Of a stretch of DNA of 64,000 nucleotides, positions 60,386 through 64,000 are shown in pieces. Every line of letters begins with the position of its first letter. Position 1 is the first letter of the stretch. The DNA lies in NCBI GenBank assembly GCA_037447605.1, contig CM074817.1, positions 2,356,001 to 2,420,000 of the forward strand, given 5' to 3'. The stretch is from Zygnema circumcarinatum SAG 698-1b. Taxonomy: Eukaryota > Plantae > Zygnematophyceae. A model generated the notes under the pieces. It was not told the DNA's origin. It saw nothing but the letters and a program-made list of their open reading frames with translations, and did no database searches. The translations under genes were made by a program, and so were the position numbers.

Positions 60386-62233
60386 CTATTCGTGGTAGTA
60401 GTCGAATACGGAGTAGTCCCCCTGCAGCAGGTCCCCCCCCTCTCCGTAGTGCGCACAGTAGTAGCAGTCCGCGCACAACACAGCCGGCGACTCCGCCATC
60501 GCCGCGTCTCCGCGCACAACCTTTTTGGCCGCCAGCACACCGCACACGCAGCACTTCCGGTGCCGGAACTTTTGCTGTCACGTCGCAGGTTAGGGTATAG
60601 GGTTTGGGGTTTTAGGATTTAGGGTGAGGGTTAGGGTTAGGGTTAGGGTTAGGGTTAGGGTTAGGGTTAGGGTTAGGGTTAGGGTTAGGGTTAGGGTTAG
60701 GCTTAGGCTTAGGCTTAGGGTTAGGGTTAGGGTTAGGCTTAGGCTTAGGCTTAGGCTTAGGGTTAGGGTTAGGGTTAGGATTAGGGTTAGGGTTAGGGTT
60801 TAGGGTTAAGGTTAAGGTTAGGGTTTAGGGTTCACGGTTTAGGGTTAGGGTTTCAAGTTTAGGGTTTGGGGTTAGGGTTAGGGTTCAAGGTTAAGGGTTT
60901 AGGGTTCACGGTTTAGGGTTAAGGGTTCAGACGAGCCGACGTGAACGAAGACGAGATCGAGAGGATTTTCGCAAAAGAAAAATCATCTCAAACAATGGTA
61001 TTGAGGTTGCGATGGGAAACAAGGAACCTCTCTCTCTCCCTCTGTCTCTTCCTCTCTCTCTCTCTCTCTCTCTCACAGAGCCACACACATGCATACCGGA
61101 GACTCACCTGAAACTTAACAACAGGATATGCCGCTCCGTTTTGCACATCCGTCGGATGCAACAGTCGCATGTCCGTTATCTGAAAGACGTGCTTGCAGCC
61201 TCCCTACTCCCACCCACAACAAAAACTAAACACACTTCAAAAATTCGCACAGGGTTCTCAAAAAAAAAACCAATCTACTTCTCCTCAATCCAAGATTAAC
61301 ACCCCAAAAACTTATACACCGACATGGCGAGTTACATGGCGAGTAAATTGATCCATACGCCATAGTATAGCGGTCCCATAAACTGACCTGATGCATGTAG
61401 ACGTAGTTAACTCCAATCTGAAAACTGAAGTCCAAAAAACAAGTTTCTTCCATTTTGGCGCTTTGATATTCCGGCACATATCCTTCCTCAAAAATGCCAC
61501 TTTCCAGTCCGTAATGTTTTTCTTTCCACTTTTGACGCTGCTTGCGGTTCCAGTGAAGGATCACGGAACTGAGGTCCTTTGCGTCGCTCCGTCGCATGTC
61601 ACTGTAGAACACGTCCTGCAACACACGGAACGGGGGGGGGAGGGGGAGGAGGAGGTAAAGACAGAGAAATTTGCCGGGACGAGTAAAGGGAAGGGAGGGA
61701 CGACGGAGAGGAGAGGGAGTGGGACGTTGCTTTCAGTGCGTTTCAAGAGAGAGCGAGAAGAGAGGGAGAGAGGGAGAGAGAAGGAAAGGGACAAAGACAG
61801 GCAAAGACAGACAGAGAGAGGAGAGAGGGAGAGGGACAGAGAGATAGAGAGCGAGAGAGGGGGAAAGGGACAGAGACAGGCAGAGACAGACAGAGAGAGA
61901 AGAGAGGGAGAGGGACAGAGAGATAGAGAGAGAGGGGGGGATAAGGACAGACAGGCAGAGGCAGACAGAGAGAGGAGAGAGGGAGAGGGACAGAGAGATA
62001 GAGAGAGAGAGGGAAAGGGACAGAGACAGGCAGAGACAGACAGAGAGAGGGAGAGAGAGAGAGGAGAGAGAGAGAGAGGGAGAGAGCACCTCTATGCAGA
62101 AGAAGGCGGAGGGGAGGGAGAGGCCGGCGTCTGCAGCAATGACGTCCTGAAGGCAGTACACGGCGTCGCGGAGGGCGGTGAGGGGCTGGCCAGCTCGAAC
62201 GATTAACTCTTGCGCCTGCCGCAGAGAGAGGGA

Positions 62234-62283
<50 letters not shown>

Positions 62284-63273
62284 AGACAGGGAGGGAGAGA
62301 GGGGGAGAAGGAAGGAGGGAGTGAGGGAGAGGGAGAAAGGGGAGAGAGAGAGATGGAGACGAGTAGGGGCGAGAAGTTGAAGGAAAAAGTGGAACGAGAA
62401 GGGAGGGGGCAGAGAGAAGGGGAGAATGAGAGGAAGAAAAAAAGGGAAAGTGGAGCAGACAGAGAGTAGGGAGATAAGAAACGGAGGGGATACACTTTGA
62501 CGATAACAAACATTGCTGCATTTCTGAGATGTAGGTTTGCTACTGCTTGTGAATACATTGTTCTTGCATACATGGTCAATCAAGCCGAGTCAACGGCTAG
62601 TAAGCCCACTGAAAGTATCAAACAGAGCAACAAAAAGTTGCAGAACTTCCCTAATCCTCAACCCTAAAATTTTGAAAGTTTCTACAATTTTGGACCCTGC
62701 ACAACGCAAGCAAGCGCTATAATGAGCATTTTTTCCCATTAGCTATTCAAAAATAAATTAAGAAAAGTTATCGAACCTTTGTATCCCTCTTGTCAGGATT
62801 GAGAAACTGGACCACAAGGAGCACTTCAGTTGGTTCCATGCTTTCCCATGCTGTTTCCGTTGAACGGCCCTGTTTCTGCAGCCATGCAAACATGCACATA
62901 GAAAACCCAAACCCTCAAACCCTGAAAAGGCTACTCGAAACTCTAAAAACCATACAAACCTAAAACCCCAAAACGTGCTGAAAATCGAACAACCACAGAA
63001 TCGACCCAACAAACCACGACAACTACCCACACAAAAAGTAAATACCAACTCGAAAAATAGCGTTGTAGAAGACTTGAAAAGACTTTAAAGGCCCCAACAA
63101 CGTGAAACATCATTTTTTATTTTATTTTTATGATAAAAAAATTGTCCACCTTGTGGCGTAGCGAGAGGTAGTTCGCATTTGAGCGCGTGCACGCGTCAAG
63201 GAGGCGAGTGCCCGCGTCCATGTCACGTCGACGCTGGCCACGGCCGCCAAGGAGGAGGGCTTCCTGCACCTCC
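60386..63273 (-). CDS. SNAPC3: snRNA-activating protein complex subunit 3 (SNAPC3/SRD2), 5'-partial
   Basis: [38 protein letters not shown]…[16 protein letters not shown]…[49 protein letters not shown]…[11 protein letters not shown]…YSVFDYYHE*. Confidence 0.92.
60590..60928. repeat. Telomere-like array (TTAGGG)n with TTAGGC variants inside the last SNAPC3 intron
   Basis: Pure core at ~60628-60800 with degenerate flanks, ending ~12 nt from the acceptor on the minus strand. Confidence 0.95.
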
Positions 63274-63296
63274 CTGCAAAAGTGCAAGACCGAATG

Positions 63297-64000
63297 AGAG
63301 TGAGGGAGAGGGAGAGGGAGAGGGAGAGGGAGAGGGAGAGGGAGAGGGAGAGGGAGAGGGAGAGGGAGAGGGAGAGGGAGAGGGAGAGGGAGAGCGAGAG
63401 GAGAGAGAGAGGGAGAGGGAGAGGGAGAGGGAGAGGGAGAGGGAGAGGGAGAGAGAGAGGGAGAGGGAGAGGGAGAGGGAGAGGGAGAGGGAGAGGGAGA
63501 GGGAGAGGGAGAGGGAGAGGGAGAGGGAGAGGGAGAGGGAGAGGGAGAGGGAGAGGGAGAGGGAGGGAGAGAGAGGGAGAGGGAGAGAGGGAGAGGAGAG
63601 GGAGAGGGAGAGAGGGAGAGGGAGAGGGAGAGGGAGAGGGAGAGGGAGAGGGAGAGGGAGAGGGAGAGGGAGAGGGAGAGGGAGAGGGAGAGGGAGAGGG
63701 AGAGGGAGAGGGAGAGGGAGAGGGAGAGGGAGAGGGAGAGGGAGAGGGAGAGGGAGAGGGAGAGGGAGAGGGAGAGAGGGAGAGGGAGAGAGAGGGAGAG
63801 GGAGAGGGAGAGAGAGGGAGAGGGAGAGGGAGAGGGAGAGGGAGAGAGGGAGAGGGAGAGGGAGAGGGAGAGGGAGAGGAGAGGGAGAGGGAGAGGGAGA
63901 GGAGAGGGAGAGGGAGAGGGAGAGGGAGAGGGAGAGGGAGAGGGAGAGGGAGAGGGAGAGGGAGAGGGAGAGGGAGAGGGAGAGGGAGAGGGAGAGGGAG
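63297..64000. repeat. (GAGAGG)n hexamer array, probably intronic in SNAPC3, running off the window
   Basis: Read directly. Confidence 0.95.

Noticed and set aside
61733-62579. 260-280 aa Leu/Ser-rich ORFs
   Set aside because: Only short segments are true SNAPC3 exons; the rest is CT-repeat intron.

Overview
Intron-rich eukaryotic genomic DNA. Gene content (mTERF, PMP3/RCI2, root-cap domain, LRR, SGS3-like XS protein, G-box promoters) points to a green plant. Algal-type genes such as a CblD/MMADHC homologue and an LptB-like ABC ATPase suggest a streptophyte green alga; this is inference and the species cannot be determined. About 14 protein genes were reconstructed by hand from GT-AG introns and reading phase: a secreted root-cap-domain protein, a CENP-B/pogo HTH-only ORF, a PIG3-like quinone oxidoreductase, two convergent PMP3/RCI2 paralogues, mTERF, DAD1/OST2, a transit-peptide-bearing LptB-like ATPase, a double LRR-EGF protein with a Pro-rich linker, an MMADHC/CblD-like protein, RPN7, an Eyes-absent phosphatase with a long Pro/Gly-rich N-terminus, an SGS3-like zf-XS/XS/coiled-coil protein ending in a RING finger, and a partial SNAPC3/SRD2. 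Non-coding DNA holds solo LTRs, a 701-bp foldback element with an 8-bp TSD, a TA-flanked MITE, palindromic repeat arrays, two (TTAGGG)n arrays, and many CT/AG and pentamer microsatellites. Most ORFs in the supplied track are low-complexity artefacts. The best candidates for new biology are the SGS3-like-RING fusion and the nuclear-encoded, probably organelle-targeted LptB. No database searches were run; family calls rest on recognised motifs.
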